This document shows, piece after piece, positions 29,845-39,159 of a DNA stretch of 64,000 nucleotides. Origin of the DNA: Nitrosopumilaceae archaeon (lineage in GTDB: Archaea > Thermoproteota > Nitrososphaeria > Nitrososphaerales > Nitrosopumilaceae); assembly GCA_965214835.1 (NCBI GenBank), contig CBDCCK010000002.1:3104001-3168000 (forward strand), given 5' to 3'. Each line of letters starts with the position of its first letter. Position 1 is the first letter of the stretch. Under the pieces are notes generated by a model. It saw only the letters and a list, made by a program, of their open reading frames with translations, searched no databases and was not told the origin of the DNA. Both the position numbers and the translations under genes were made by a program.

Positions 29845-30711
29845 TCAGGGATTCGTCGGGATTTGAATGAACGGGGTTCCGCCCTCGCCGACAACAAGCG
29901 GAAGCTTTCCGTCCCAGGCCTGCGTCTTGAGCCATTCCAGATAGTTCGGATTTTGTGCAAGTGCATCGTTGATGATCCTGATTGCCTCGGCCTCACCCTG
30001 CGCCTCTGCAATGTTTGCAGCGGCCACGCCCTTTGCCTGCTGCTCGTTCTGCCTTGCCTCCACCTCGATTCGTCGAAGATCATTTTCAGCCTTGAGCGCT
30101 TTTTGCTCTGCCTCGACCTTGGCCTCTATGGCAGCTGCAAAGAGGGGGGAGAACTGAAAGTCGGTGATGGAGATTACTTCGGTGACGATATTAAAGCCGT
30201 TGAGACGATCGGTGATTTCACGTTCAATGTCTGCCTTGACTGCGGGCCTTTTGGTGATGAGCTCCTCTGCGTTATAGTTGGCAGTAACCTGCTTTACAAC
30301 CTCCTCAACAGCAGGCTGGATTATCCTGTTTTCATAGTCAAGGCCGACATTTTGGTACAAAAAGTGGACTGATTCCGGGGAGGGGTGATAGTTGACAGTC
30401 ACGGCAGTAGAGACGGTCTGCAGATCCTTGGATGCCGATGAGGTGGACTTGACATACTTGAGGGTCCTGATTTCAATATCCACTACAGAGTCGGCAAAGG
30501 GGGTGACAAAATGCAGTCCCTCATCAAGGGGCGGGACGGTTGTGTCAACTGCATTCCAGTGCAGCAGCACGCCGCGGTGTCCGGCATCAACAATTTGTAC
30601 AGACGCATATGCCACGACGCCAATCACGATCAGGATGACAATTCCAATGGCAGCGCCCTTGGCTGCCCCCATGTTTACGGTCATTTTGGGGGACTGGTAT
30701 TTGGACAACAA
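29845..30711 (-). CDS. Prohibitin/SPFH (Band 7) protein
   Basis: VDAGHRGV, EGLHFVTP, SKDLQTV, AIEAKVEAEQ, WDGKLP. Confidence 0.92.
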   Translation of the reverse strand: MLSKYQSPKMTVNMGAAKGAAIGIVILIVIGVVAYASVQIVDAGHRGVLLHWNAVDTTVPPLDEGLHFVTPFADSVVDIEIRTLKYVKSTSSASKDLQTVSTAVTVNYHPSPESVHFLYQNVGLDYENRIIQPAVEEVVKQVTANYNAEELITKRPAVKADIEREITDRLNGFNIVTEVISITDFQFSPLFAAAIEAKVEAEQKALKAENDLRRIEVEARQNEQQAKGVAAANIAEAQGEAEAIRIINDALAQNPNYLEWLKTQAWDGKLPLVVGEGGTPFIQIPTNP

Positions 30712-30910
30712 AATAGCGCGGTATTGCCAACTAATATACTAAGCTGAGATCGCCATGCCAGGAGCTTGCCCCCTAGGCGACACTGCAGTCCAGGGACTTC
30801 ATGCCTGTCATGCCGCATCTTCCGGAGGGGCAGACTCTTACACCGCCATGAAACTAGCACCGCAGAAACCAAGCAATAGGTTTATCCGGCTCTAGACGCA
30901 ATAAAAGAGA

Positions 30911-31306
30911 TTGGCAAACGAGTTCATGTGGCTGTACTTGGCGGTTTTCTTGGCAATCCCGCTAGTCAGAGTGCTGCCAAGAATAATACGCAAGCTGAAA
31001 AGCGAGTACCCGGGAGAGGAGGAATACTCCAAAGCCGGCGGATGGAACGTGCGGACGACACAAAGGCCAGACGAGTCGCTAGGGCCTCAAAATAACGACA
31101 TGCTGATACTGGGGCAGATGATTGCAGGTGCAAAGACGTTTGAGGCCATTCAAAAGCATACACGTCTTTCAGACAAAAGACTCGATGCAGAACTGCAGGA
31201 TTTAGAGTCCAGAGGCATGATCAGGGTAGAGCAAAAGCAGGGACTGCTGGGGCCAAGGGTGGAAATCCATCCTACCAGCAAGGGGCTAAGGGAGTTCCAT
31301 AACTAG
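30911..31306 (+). CDS. Membrane-anchored winged-HTH protein
   Basis: N-terminal TM helix; LDAELQDLESRGMIRV..TSKG. Confidence 0.7.
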   Translation: MANEFMWLYLAVFLAIPLVRVLPRIIRKLKSEYPGEEEYSKAGGWNVRTTQRPDESLGPQNNDMLILGQMIAGAKTFEAIQKHTRLSDKRLDAELQDLESRGMIRVEQKQGLLGPRVEIHPTSKGLREFHN

Positions 31307-31350
31307 TGTAAAAAAACCAGCCAGACGGATCAACAAAGATCAACCGAATG

Positions 31351-31382
31351 TTAATAAGGCGATGGTACCGTACCATACGGTA
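31351..31382 (+). promoter_or_regulatory. TATA-like box followed by two overlapping perfect inverted repeats
   Basis: ttaataa at 31351; atggtac-c-gtaccat (31362-31376) and taccgta-cca-tacggta (31366-31382). Confidence 0.5.
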
Positions 31383-31729
31383 TGATGAAGACACGATCAA
31401 GATACGTGCCAATCGAGGTAGCCGATCAGTTCGGCGGCTTTATCATAAGGCGCGATGAACAGGTTCTTGATGCCGTAAAGGCAAGAACCAGAGACTATAG
31501 TACGCTTTCCCTCCTAAAGCTCCTATACCAGGTAAGGGGAAGGCCGTTGACGTTTTCAGCCCTGTATGCAAAGTCAAAGATCAGAATGAAGAGGTCGTTT
31601 CTCAACTACCTGGACCTGTGCGTTGATTACAACTTTATCAAGAAGGAGGCTGTCGGCGCAAACGTGATCTACTCGATTACGGACAAGGGCAGGACGATGC
31701 TGGAACTGTTCATGCATAAAGGTAATTAG
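31382..31729 (+). CDS. Winged-HTH transcriptional regulator
   Basis: LTFSALYAKS..FLNYLDLC..YSITDKGRTML. Confidence 0.75.
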   Translation: MMKTRSRYVPIEVADQFGGFIIRRDEQVLDAVKARTRDYSTLSLLKLLYQVRGRPLTFSALYAKSKIRMKRSFLNYLDLCVDYNFIKKEAVGANVIYSITDKGRTMLELFMHKGN

Positions 31730-31745
31730 ACAGGATAATTTGCGA

Positions 31746-32810
31746 TGTATTATATGAAAATTATGTCGCACCATCACCGGTATCCTCCTCCATCCATTTC
31801 GGGTTGCTTTTCCTGATCGCATCTGTGGCCTCCCTGTCGGAGAATGCTCGCAGAGGCGTCTCGTAGTTGTCTATATCCAGCGACCAGTGCAGCCTGTCCT
31901 CGTTGTAATAGCCGATATATGCAGACAGGCTCTCGTGGTTCCATATCTCCTCCTCGATGCTCCGATGGAAGCGCTCCAGCTTGCCGTTGGTCTGCGGGTG
32001 ATACGGCCTGGAGTTTATCAGCTCGATTCCGCAGTCGAGCAGCTCCTCCTCAAAGGCAGTGGGTCTCCACACGCCCCTGGGCGGACTCTTCTTTTTCTTT
32101 GGATCCGAGCGCGCCCCGACAAAGCACTTGCCGTTGTCTGATAAAATGGTTGCAGGCGCGCCGAACTGGGCCACGGCCTGCTGCAGGACCGCCACGACGT
32201 TCTCCGAGGTGGCCTCCCTGAACAGGCCCGCACCGGTCACGCACCTGGACGAATCGTCCAGAAACGTGACTAGATTGAGCCCTGCAAAGCGCGGATCCTT
32301 CATAGTATGCCAGTCCACGTGCCACATGGCGTTGGAGTACCTGCGCTCAAAGCGGACGTATTTCCTAGGCTTTGATTTTGCAGGCGACGGCGTCACCAGC
32401 CCGTGCTCACTCATTATCCTGTATACCTCGCAGTAGCTTATATCGTGTTGTCTTCGCAGCCTCCTGGCCGTATGGACAACGCCTGCTGCACTGTGCTTGT
32501 GCTCCTCCAGAACGGCGCGCACGACATTGTCGGGAGCCGGGGCGTTCCTTTTTCTTCCCGGCCTGAGCGGCACGTGGTGCGCACCACCCGTCTTCCTGAA
32601 CCGGGCGTACATCCGCTGGACGTGTCTTTTTGTGACGCCTATCTCGGTGGCCACCTCCGAGGGCCTTCGTCCCTTGGCACACTGCGTCACTGCATATCTG
32701 ATCTGCTTTGCCTTGAGCCTTGCAACCATCGGTTTTCTTGATCGGTAAAGCCTAAAGTAATCCTTTGCAATCCTCTTCAAATTAGTGCGACCTAATTTTC
32801 GTACAATAGA
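31746..32810 (-). mobile_element. IS481-family insertion sequence
   Basis: Imperfect TIR tgtattatatgaaaattatgtcgca/tgcgacctaattttcgtacaataga; 15-bp TSD caggataatttgcga (31731-31745, 32811-32825). Confidence 0.85.
31761..32780 (-). CDS. IS481-family transposase (integrase core)
   Basis: MWHVDW, FLDDSSR, ILSDNGKCF, PYHPQTNGKLERFH; true start may be the internal MVARLK. Confidence 0.9.
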   Translation of the reverse strand: MKRIAKDYFRLYRSRKPMVARLKAKQIRYAVTQCAKGRRPSEVATEIGVTKRHVQRMYARFRKTGGAHHVPLRPGRKRNAPAPDNVVRAVLEEHKHSAAGVVHTARRLRRQHDISYCEVYRIMSEHGLVTPSPAKSKPRKYVRFERRYSNAMWHVDWHTMKDPRFAGLNLVTFLDDSSRCVTGAGLFREATSENVVAVLQQAVAQFGAPATILSDNGKCFVGARSDPKKKKSPPRGVWRPTAFEEELLDCGIELINSRPYHPQTNGKLERFHRSIEEEIWNHESLSAYIGYYNEDRLHWSLDIDNYETPLRAFSDREATDAIRKSNPKWMEEDTGDGAT

Positions 32811-32831
32811 CAGGATAATTTGCGATAACTA

Positions 32832-33551
32832 GTGCAAAAAGAGAGCTTTCCCGAGGCACAGGTCTTTGAGGTGGGAGGGGCGGAGCTGAAGAACCCGATA
32901 ATATTTGCAGGATTCGTGGGTGCAGGGCTGGTGGGCCCGCTGGCAGTGGAACAGATAATCAGGGAGCTGGACATGCACGAGATAGGATACATGCGGTCAA
33001 AGTATCTGCCGCCGTCAACGGTGTTTCTCAAGGGACGGCTGCGGCATCCCTTCAGGTTCTATGCAAACAGGGAGGGCACGATCTGCGCGGTAATATGCGA
33101 GGTTACGCTAAGAATGGAGGGGCTGTACACGATAGTAGCCGAGGTTCTAGACTGGGCAAAGTCAAAGGACTCAAACGAGATAGTAATCCTGGACGGAGTG
33201 GCAAGTGATGAGCACGATGGCAGGGCATACTGCGCCGCAGAAGAGGATCTGTGCAGAGTCATGGCAGACAAGGATGTCAGCATGATCCCGCAAGGCTTCA
33301 TCACGGGGGTTCCGGGAGGAATCCTAAACGAGTGCCTTGTGCGGGAAATACGGGGGATTACGCTTCTAGTCAAGGCAGACAGGAGCCAGGCAGACCCGAT
33401 GGCCACAGTCACGCTAGTGGAGGCCGTAAACAGGATCTATGAGACGGATGTCGGCACGGCAGAGCTCAAAAAGGAGAAGATAGAGGAGTTTCATGAGCTG
33501 TCAGAAAGATACGCAGAGCACCGCGAAGAGCTGTCAGGAATGTACATGTAG
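32832..33551 (+). CDS. Proteasome assembly chaperone (PAC2 family)
   Basis: AGFVGAGLVGPLA, PFRFY, ITGVPGGIL, ADPMA. Confidence 0.88.
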   Translation: MQKESFPEAQVFEVGGAELKNPIIFAGFVGAGLVGPLAVEQIIRELDMHEIGYMRSKYLPPSTVFLKGRLRHPFRFYANREGTICAVICEVTLRMEGLYTIVAEVLDWAKSKDSNEIVILDGVASDEHDGRAYCAAEEDLCRVMADKDVSMIPQGFITGVPGGILNECLVREIRGITLLVKADRSQADPMATVTLVEAVNRIYETDVGTAELKKEKIEEFHELSERYAEHREELSGMYM

Positions 33552-33587
33552 GCAAATTCTTTTATGCGCAGGGGGAGGGTCTTGATT

Positions 33588-34610
33588 ATGGCCCTATCCT
33601 ACAAAAAGGCAGGCGTGGATGTCTTGAAGATCAAGGACAGTCAGGCCGCAATAGGCAGGCTGATCGGGTCGACTCACAAGCTGCAAAAGATGGCAAGGAT
33701 AAGGCACGGCTTTGGACACTATGCGGGAATCGTGGAGGTTCCAGGCAGGATGTCGCTTGCAACGCACACCGACGGGGTCGGAACAAAGGTCTTGATTGCA
33801 AGCGCCATGAAAAAGTACGATACCGTCGGCATAGACTGCGTGGCAATGAACGTAAACGACATCATCTGCACAGGGGCCACCCCGATTGCGTTTGTCGACT
33901 ATATTGCTGCAAACAGAAACGATCAGGGGATTTTTACGCAGATTGTCAGGGGGCTAGTCGCAGGCGCAAAAAAAGCCAGGGTGCCAATCGTGGGGGGGGA
34001 AACGGCAGTGATGCCGGATCTCATTGCCGGAAGGGGATTCTCCTTTGATCTGGCAGGCACGGTTACAGGATACGTAGACAGGAAAAAAATGATCCTGGGG
34101 GGGTCGATAAGGCCGGGCGACGTGATCGTGGGGGCAAGGAGCACGGGACTGCACTCAAACGGATACTCGCTGGCAAGGGCCGCACTTTTGGAAAAGTACT
34201 CGGTAAGGGACAGGGTAAGGGGGGTCGGAGGCATAGGTTCGGCACTGCTGAGGCCCACTGAGATCTACGTACGGCCGGTTCTAGAGATCGTAGACAGGTG
34301 CAAGGTAAGCGGGCTGGCCCACATTACCGGAGGCTCGTTTACCAAGCTGCTGAGGCTCAAAAACATCGGCTATGAGATCGACTCGCTACCAAAAGCCCCC
34401 CCCATAATGAGGCTGATTGCAGATCAGGGGGTCAGGGACGAGGAGATGTACAGGACATTCAACATGGGGGTTGGATTCTGCGTCATCGCCCCAGGAGATC
34501 AGGCCTCAAAGATACAGTCGGTATTCAAAAAACACAAGATCCAGAGCCAGGAGATCGGCAGAATAGTCCCAAGGAGGGGGGTTACGGTAAACTCTCAAAG
34601 GATCGCATGA
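33588..34610 (+). CDS. purM: Phosphoribosylformylglycinamidine cyclo-ligase
   Basis: SYKKAGVD, TDGVGTK, AMNVND, GGETA, GLHSNGYSL, AHITGG, TFNMGVG. Confidence 0.96.
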   Translation: MALSYKKAGVDVLKIKDSQAAIGRLIGSTHKLQKMARIRHGFGHYAGIVEVPGRMSLATHTDGVGTKVLIASAMKKYDTVGIDCVAMNVNDIICTGATPIAFVDYIAANRNDQGIFTQIVRGLVAGAKKARVPIVGGETAVMPDLIAGRGFSFDLAGTVTGYVDRKKMILGGSIRPGDVIVGARSTGLHSNGYSLARAALLEKYSVRDRVRGVGGIGSALLRPTEIYVRPVLEIVDRCKVSGLAHITGGSFTKLLRLKNIGYEIDSLPKAPPIMRLIADQGVRDEEMYRTFNMGVGFCVIAPGDQASKIQSVFKKHKIQSQEIGRIVPRRGVTVNSQRIA

Positions 34611-34687
34611 TCAGTCATGCAAAAAACATGCCATTTTTGACATGTAATCGCCTTATATTGCCCAATTCTTGAGGATAATAGGTAGAA

Positions 34688-35998
34688 TTGGCAGCAGAGG
34701 CGCACTTTATCCAGATTATAATCGGGGTCGGAATCCTGCTGTTTGCAGCCAAGCTCATGGCAGAGCTGTTCCTCAGACTAAAGCTGCCAATCGTCTTGGG
34801 CGAGCTTTTGGCCGGCATGATCGTAGGGCCGTTTGCACTAGGGGCGTTTTTGACATGGGATGGGGAACATCTGCTGAAGATAGGTCCGGAGATCAAGACC
34901 CTAGGCGAGATGGGGGCAATAGTAATTTTGTTTATGGCTGGACTCGAGATGACGCCGCGGGAGTTCCTAAAGGGCGGAAAGGCGTCGTTTACCGTGGGCA
35001 CGCTTGGCGTGGTCGTCCCGTTCTTTGCGGGACTGATGGCGTTCATGGCGTTCGGATACGACGCGCTACAGTCCATGATGATTGCCACTGCGCTGACTGC
35101 GACAAGCATCGCAATCTCAATCCAGGTCCTAAACGAGTTTGGAAAGATAAAGACCCCGGAGGCCAGGCTGATTATAGGGGCGGCAGTCGTAGATGACATC
35201 CTGGCCATAGCGGTGCTCTCGGTGGTATCGTCGATTGCCGCGGACGGGCAGGGGGTGGAGAACATAGACATCACCGAGGTCGTAATCACAATACTGCAAG
35301 TACTGGGTTTCTTTGCTGCAATGCTGATTGCGGCGGTGTTTTTGGTGCCAAAGTTCATCACGCCGAGAATATGGAAGGCAAAGGGGAGCGTCGAGGGAAT
35401 AGCGACTGCGGTGTTCTTTGGCGCGGCAGCCCTTGCAGGCTCGCTAGGGCTGTCTCCGATCGTAGGGGCGTTTGCAGTCGGCATGGCCCTGTCCACCACC
35501 AAGGTCTTTGACAAGGTAGAAAACTACATTGGAAAGGTGGGCCTGATTTTTGCTCCGTTGTTCTTTGCGATTATCGGCGCTCAGGTGGACTTTAGGACGG
35601 TGGACTTGAACATACTGACACTGAGCGGAATTGTCATCGTCATTGCAATAGTCACCAAGCTGTTCGGATGCGGACTGCCGGCAGCACTGTTCCTCAAAAA
35701 CAAGGCGCAGGGAATGCGGGTCGGCATAGGAATGATTTCAAGGGGGGAGGTGGGCCTGATCGTGGCAGGGGTCGGCGTCTCGCTCAGCATCCTCGAGACA
35801 GACGTCTACTCCACAATAGTCCTCATGGTGGCAGTCACCACAATCATCACGCCAATCTGGTTGAAGATGGAGTACAGAAAGGAGATGCATCACCGTGGAG
35901 ACGATCTGCCGGCCGCCAGGCAGGATTCAGGGGACGGCGACGATCCCACGAGCACAGAGACATCCCACGAGCCGCACCGGGCAGATCACAGGGCATAG
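34688..35998 (+). CDS. CPA2-family cation:proton antiporter
   Basis: LGELLAG, ATSIAIS, AAVVDD, MISRGEV. Confidence 0.92.
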   Translation: MAAEAHFIQIIIGVGILLFAAKLMAELFLRLKLPIVLGELLAGMIVGPFALGAFLTWDGEHLLKIGPEIKTLGEMGAIVILFMAGLEMTPREFLKGGKASFTVGTLGVVVPFFAGLMAFMAFGYDALQSMMIATALTATSIAISIQVLNEFGKIKTPEARLIIGAAVVDDILAIAVLSVVSSIAADGQGVENIDITEVVITILQVLGFFAAMLIAAVFLVPKFITPRIWKAKGSVEGIATAVFFGAAALAGSLGLSPIVGAFAVGMALSTTKVFDKVENYIGKVGLIFAPLFFAIIGAQVDFRTVDLNILTLSGIVIVIAIVTKLFGCGLPAALFLKNKAQGMRVGIGMISRGEVGLIVAGVGVSLSILETDVYSTIVLMVAVTTIITPIWLKMEYRKEMHHRGDDLPAARQDSGDGDDPTSTETSHEPHRADHRA

Positions 35999-36090
35999 AG
36001 TCAGGCCGGTGCCAAAAGCCCAGTCAAAAGACGGAGTGGACTTTGGCCCGAGCGGCGGGCAGTAGAACCTAAGGTGCCGCTAGAAGGGCT

Positions 36091-37230
36091 CTATAATCCA
36101 AAAAGTAGTTCACCCCTTCTCCGAGGGTCAAGTCGGTAAGGATCAGATGCACGGGCCTCATGCATGCCACTGGAAACAGGGGTGTGTGGGTCGCGCAAAA
36201 GGGCCTGGTAAATACGTCAGTCTTGCACGCCCCAACAACATGAAGCTAAAAAGTCAGGCGTACGGTGGATAGTACGCCAAAAGCAAAAGGGGGACATGAC
36301 AAACGCCCAGATAGCCGAATCCATGAACGTCTCGGTCCGCGGGATACAGAAACTGTGGGCCCGGCACAGGTCAGGCACCGTACAGGACATATCGCACCCC
36401 GCACGGATGGGAAGGCCCCAGAACGGCATGCCCGGGCGCAGGGAGCACTCGGCGGTCCTCTCGGTGCGGCCCTCCGAGCACCCGGGTGCGGCATCACTGC
36501 AGGATCTCACAAGGGAGAATACCGAGATTAATATCCCGCGACATACACTGCACGGCATGCTAAAGGACGAGGGGATGGCCAGAGACGAGCCCAACGGGCG
36601 CAGAAAACGCAGGTGGCTGCGCTGGGAGATGGAGTATTCCAACTCCATGTGGCACACCGACTGGAAGCAGATACACGGCGGAATGCACGACGGCAGGTGG
36701 TTTTTGTGCTACGAGGACGACGCATCCCGGTTCGTGACCGGATACGGCATATTTGACAACGCGACTGCAGAAAACGCCCTCAAGGTGCTCGATGAGGCCA
36801 TGCAGAACCACGGCAGACCTGCCTCCATAATGACGGACCACGGGAGCCAGTTTTACGCAAACGAACAGGGTGCAAGGAAGGGGCGCAGCAGGTTCGAGGA
36901 GAGCCTGGAGGCCCTAGGCATACGGCAGGTTCTTGCCGGGGTGCGCCACCCGCAGACAAACGGCAAGGTAGAGAGGCTGCACGGCGAGATACAGCGCAAG
37001 CTGCACGAGTTTGAGGATATCATGATGAGAACAAGCGATCCCATGGATCTGTTCATGAAATGGTACAACTACGACAGGCCCCACATGTCCCTTGACCGGG
37101 AGAACCGGGAGACGCCCGCGCAGGCATATGAGCGCAAGATGCCCCCTGCGGGCGAAACGGTCATAGATGGGCAGACCGGGGAGGAATATCATGTCAGATA
37201 GTGGGGGTGAACTACTTTTCGGATCCCACA
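36091..37230 (+). mobile_element. Second IS481-family insertion sequence
   Basis: TIR atccaaaaagtagttcacccc / ggggtgaactacttttcggatcccaca; no clear TSD. Confidence 0.8.
36296..37201 (+). CDS. IS481-family transposase (extreme N-terminus possibly decayed)
   Basis: MWHTDW, YEDDASR, IMTDHGSQF, HPQTNGKVERLH, YNYDRPHMSL. Confidence 0.88.
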   Translation: MTNAQIAESMNVSVRGIQKLWARHRSGTVQDISHPARMGRPQNGMPGRREHSAVLSVRPSEHPGAASLQDLTRENTEINIPRHTLHGMLKDEGMARDEPNGRRKRRWLRWEMEYSNSMWHTDWKQIHGGMHDGRWFLCYEDDASRFVTGYGIFDNATAENALKVLDEAMQNHGRPASIMTDHGSQFYANEQGARKGRSRFEESLEALGIRQVLAGVRHPQTNGKVERLHGEIQRKLHEFEDIMMRTSDPMDLFMKWYNYDRPHMSLDRENRETPAQAYERKMPPAGETVIDGQTGEEYHVR

Positions 37231-37568
37231 TGTCGCGTATTGCCGCGCAATGCCTAAATCAGGCGTGTCGAGTTCAATTATTGGAACGCAAAAAGGATCC
37301 AATATGGTGGCGGTACCAGCAGTTCTGATTGCGATTCGGCCAGCATTAGTCTGGATCGGGCGGGCTCTGATCCACGGCCTCGTAAGCACCCCGATGAACC
37401 CGGAAGGCAGGCTTGAAACTCAGATTTAGTGGGGTTTTACAGCCTGAGCGCTACAAGCCCGGAACAATTCGGATTATGCTGCCTGCAGATCTGTGCGGCC
37501 ACGAGCAGGGCATGTCTGAAGCCCGCCCTGTTTGAAAGAATTTATTCCAGACAGGCTGCTAGGCATCA

Positions 37569-39155
37569 ATGTCTCAGTCCGGTACTGACTTTGAGAGGGC
37601 GTGCAGTGAAATTACGCAGAATCTGCTCCAGGTTGAAAACCCCTCAAGAAGGGCAGTCAAGGCAGAGATTAGAAAAGTCTGCTCCAAGTATTCGCTTGAG
37701 AGAATCCCAAAAAACCACGAGGTTTTGGCCAGGGCTTCAGGGGAGGATTTTGCAAGACTGAGGGCAGTCCTCCTAAAGAAGCCCGTGAAGACGGCATCAG
37801 GGGTGGCAGTTGTCGCACTGATGCCCAAGCCGTACGCATGCCCACATGGAAGGTGCTCGTACTGTCCGGGAGGAGTGGAGTTCAATACCCCGAACAGCTA
37901 CACAGGCAGGGAGCCCTCAACAGTCAACGCCATTGAAAATCAGTACGATCCAAAAGCACAGATCACATCAAAGATAGACAAGCTGGTGGCATACGGACAC
38001 GATCCTGCAAAGCTAGAGCTGGTCGTCGTGGGAGGCACGTTTCTGTTTATGCCAAGAGACTACAGGACCGAGTTCGTCAAGTCGTGCTACGATGCGCTAA
38101 ACGGGTTTGACTCTGAGACGCTGGAGGATGCAAAGGCGGCAAACGAGCACGCAGAGATTCGAAACGTGGGATTCACCCTGGAGACAAAGCCGGACTATTG
38201 CAAGGCAGAGCACGTCGATGACATGCTGGGGTACGGGGTAACTAGGGTGGAGATCGGGGTCCAGAGCCTGCAGGAGAGGGTTTACGATATTGTAAACCGC
38301 GGTCATGGTTTTGGCGACGTAGTGGAGTCATTTCAGATTGCAAAGGATTCAGGATACAAGATCGTGGCACACATGATGCCGGGACTTCCAACGATGTCCC
38401 CGCAGCAGGACATCGATGACTTTGAGAGGCTGTTTAATGATCCCCTGCTAAAGCCAGACATGCTGAAGATTTACCCGTCGCTGGTCTTGGCCGGCACGCC
38501 AATGTATGACGACTACAGATCAGGAGGCTACAGGCCGTACTCAGACGAAGACATGATCCGGGTTTTAACCGAGGTAAAAAAGATGACCCCCCGCTGGGTC
38601 AGAATCATGAGGGTTCAAAGGGAGATCTCCCCAGACGAGATTCTGGCAGGGCCCAAGTCGGGAAACCTGAGGCAGATGGTTCACAAAAGCCTGCACAGTG
38701 AGGGCCTGTCATGCAGGTGCATCAGGTGCAGGGAGGCGGGCCTGGCAGGCGAGCAGACCAATCCCGGTGAGCTGAAGATGAACAAGATAGGCTACGAGTC
38801 GTCCGGTGGAGAGGAGGTCTTTTTGTCATATGATGACGCAAAAGACAGGATCTACGGGTTTTTGAGATTAAGAAGTCCCAGTCAAAAGGCACACAGGGAC
38901 GAGATAACAGAAAAATCAACCATAGTCAGAGAGCTACACGTGTACGGAAGGTCGCTGCGGCCGGGCAGGCGGGACAGGGGCGGCATACAGCATATCGGCC
39001 TAGGCAGGAGCTTGATGAGCGAGGCCGAAAGGATATCAAGGGAGGAGCTGGATGCAGACAAGATGCTCGTAATCAGCGCCGTGGGGACAAGGGAGTACTA
39101 TCAAAGGCTGGGATATGCGCTGGAAGGCCCATATATGGCCAAATGCCTGGAGTAA
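37569..39155 (+). CDS. elp3: Elongator Elp3 tRNA U34 acetyltransferase (radical SAM plus GNAT)
   Basis: CPHGRCSYCPGG, GGTF, VRELHVYG, QHIGLG, ISAVGTREYY. Confidence 0.95.
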   Translation: MSQSGTDFERACSEITQNLLQVENPSRRAVKAEIRKVCSKYSLERIPKNHEVLARASGEDFARLRAVLLKKPVKTASGVAVVALMPKPYACPHGRCSYCPGGVEFNTPNSYTGREPSTVNAIENQYDPKAQITSKIDKLVAYGHDPAKLELVVVGGTFLFMPRDYRTEFVKSCYDALNGFDSETLEDAKAANEHAEIRNVGFTLETKPDYCKAEHVDDMLGYGVTRVEIGVQSLQERVYDIVNRGHGFGDVVESFQIAKDSGYKIVAHMMPGLPTMSPQQDIDDFERLFNDPLLKPDMLKIYPSLVLAGTPMYDDYRSGGYRPYSDEDMIRVLTEVKKMTPRWVRIMRVQREISPDEILAGPKSGNLRQMVHKSLHSEGLSCRCIRCREAGLAGEQTNPGELKMNKIGYESSGGEEVFLSYDDAKDRIYGFLRLRSPSQKAHRDEITEKSTIVRELHVYGRSLRPGRRDRGGIQHIGLGRSLMSEAERISREELDADKMLVISAVGTREYYQRLGYALEGPYMAKCLE

Positions 39156-39159
39156 AAGG

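Noticed and set aside
31727-32826. 20-bp direct repeat tagacaggataatttgcgat as a fifth long duplication
   Set aside because: Explained by the 15-bp IS481 TSD plus matches to the element ends.
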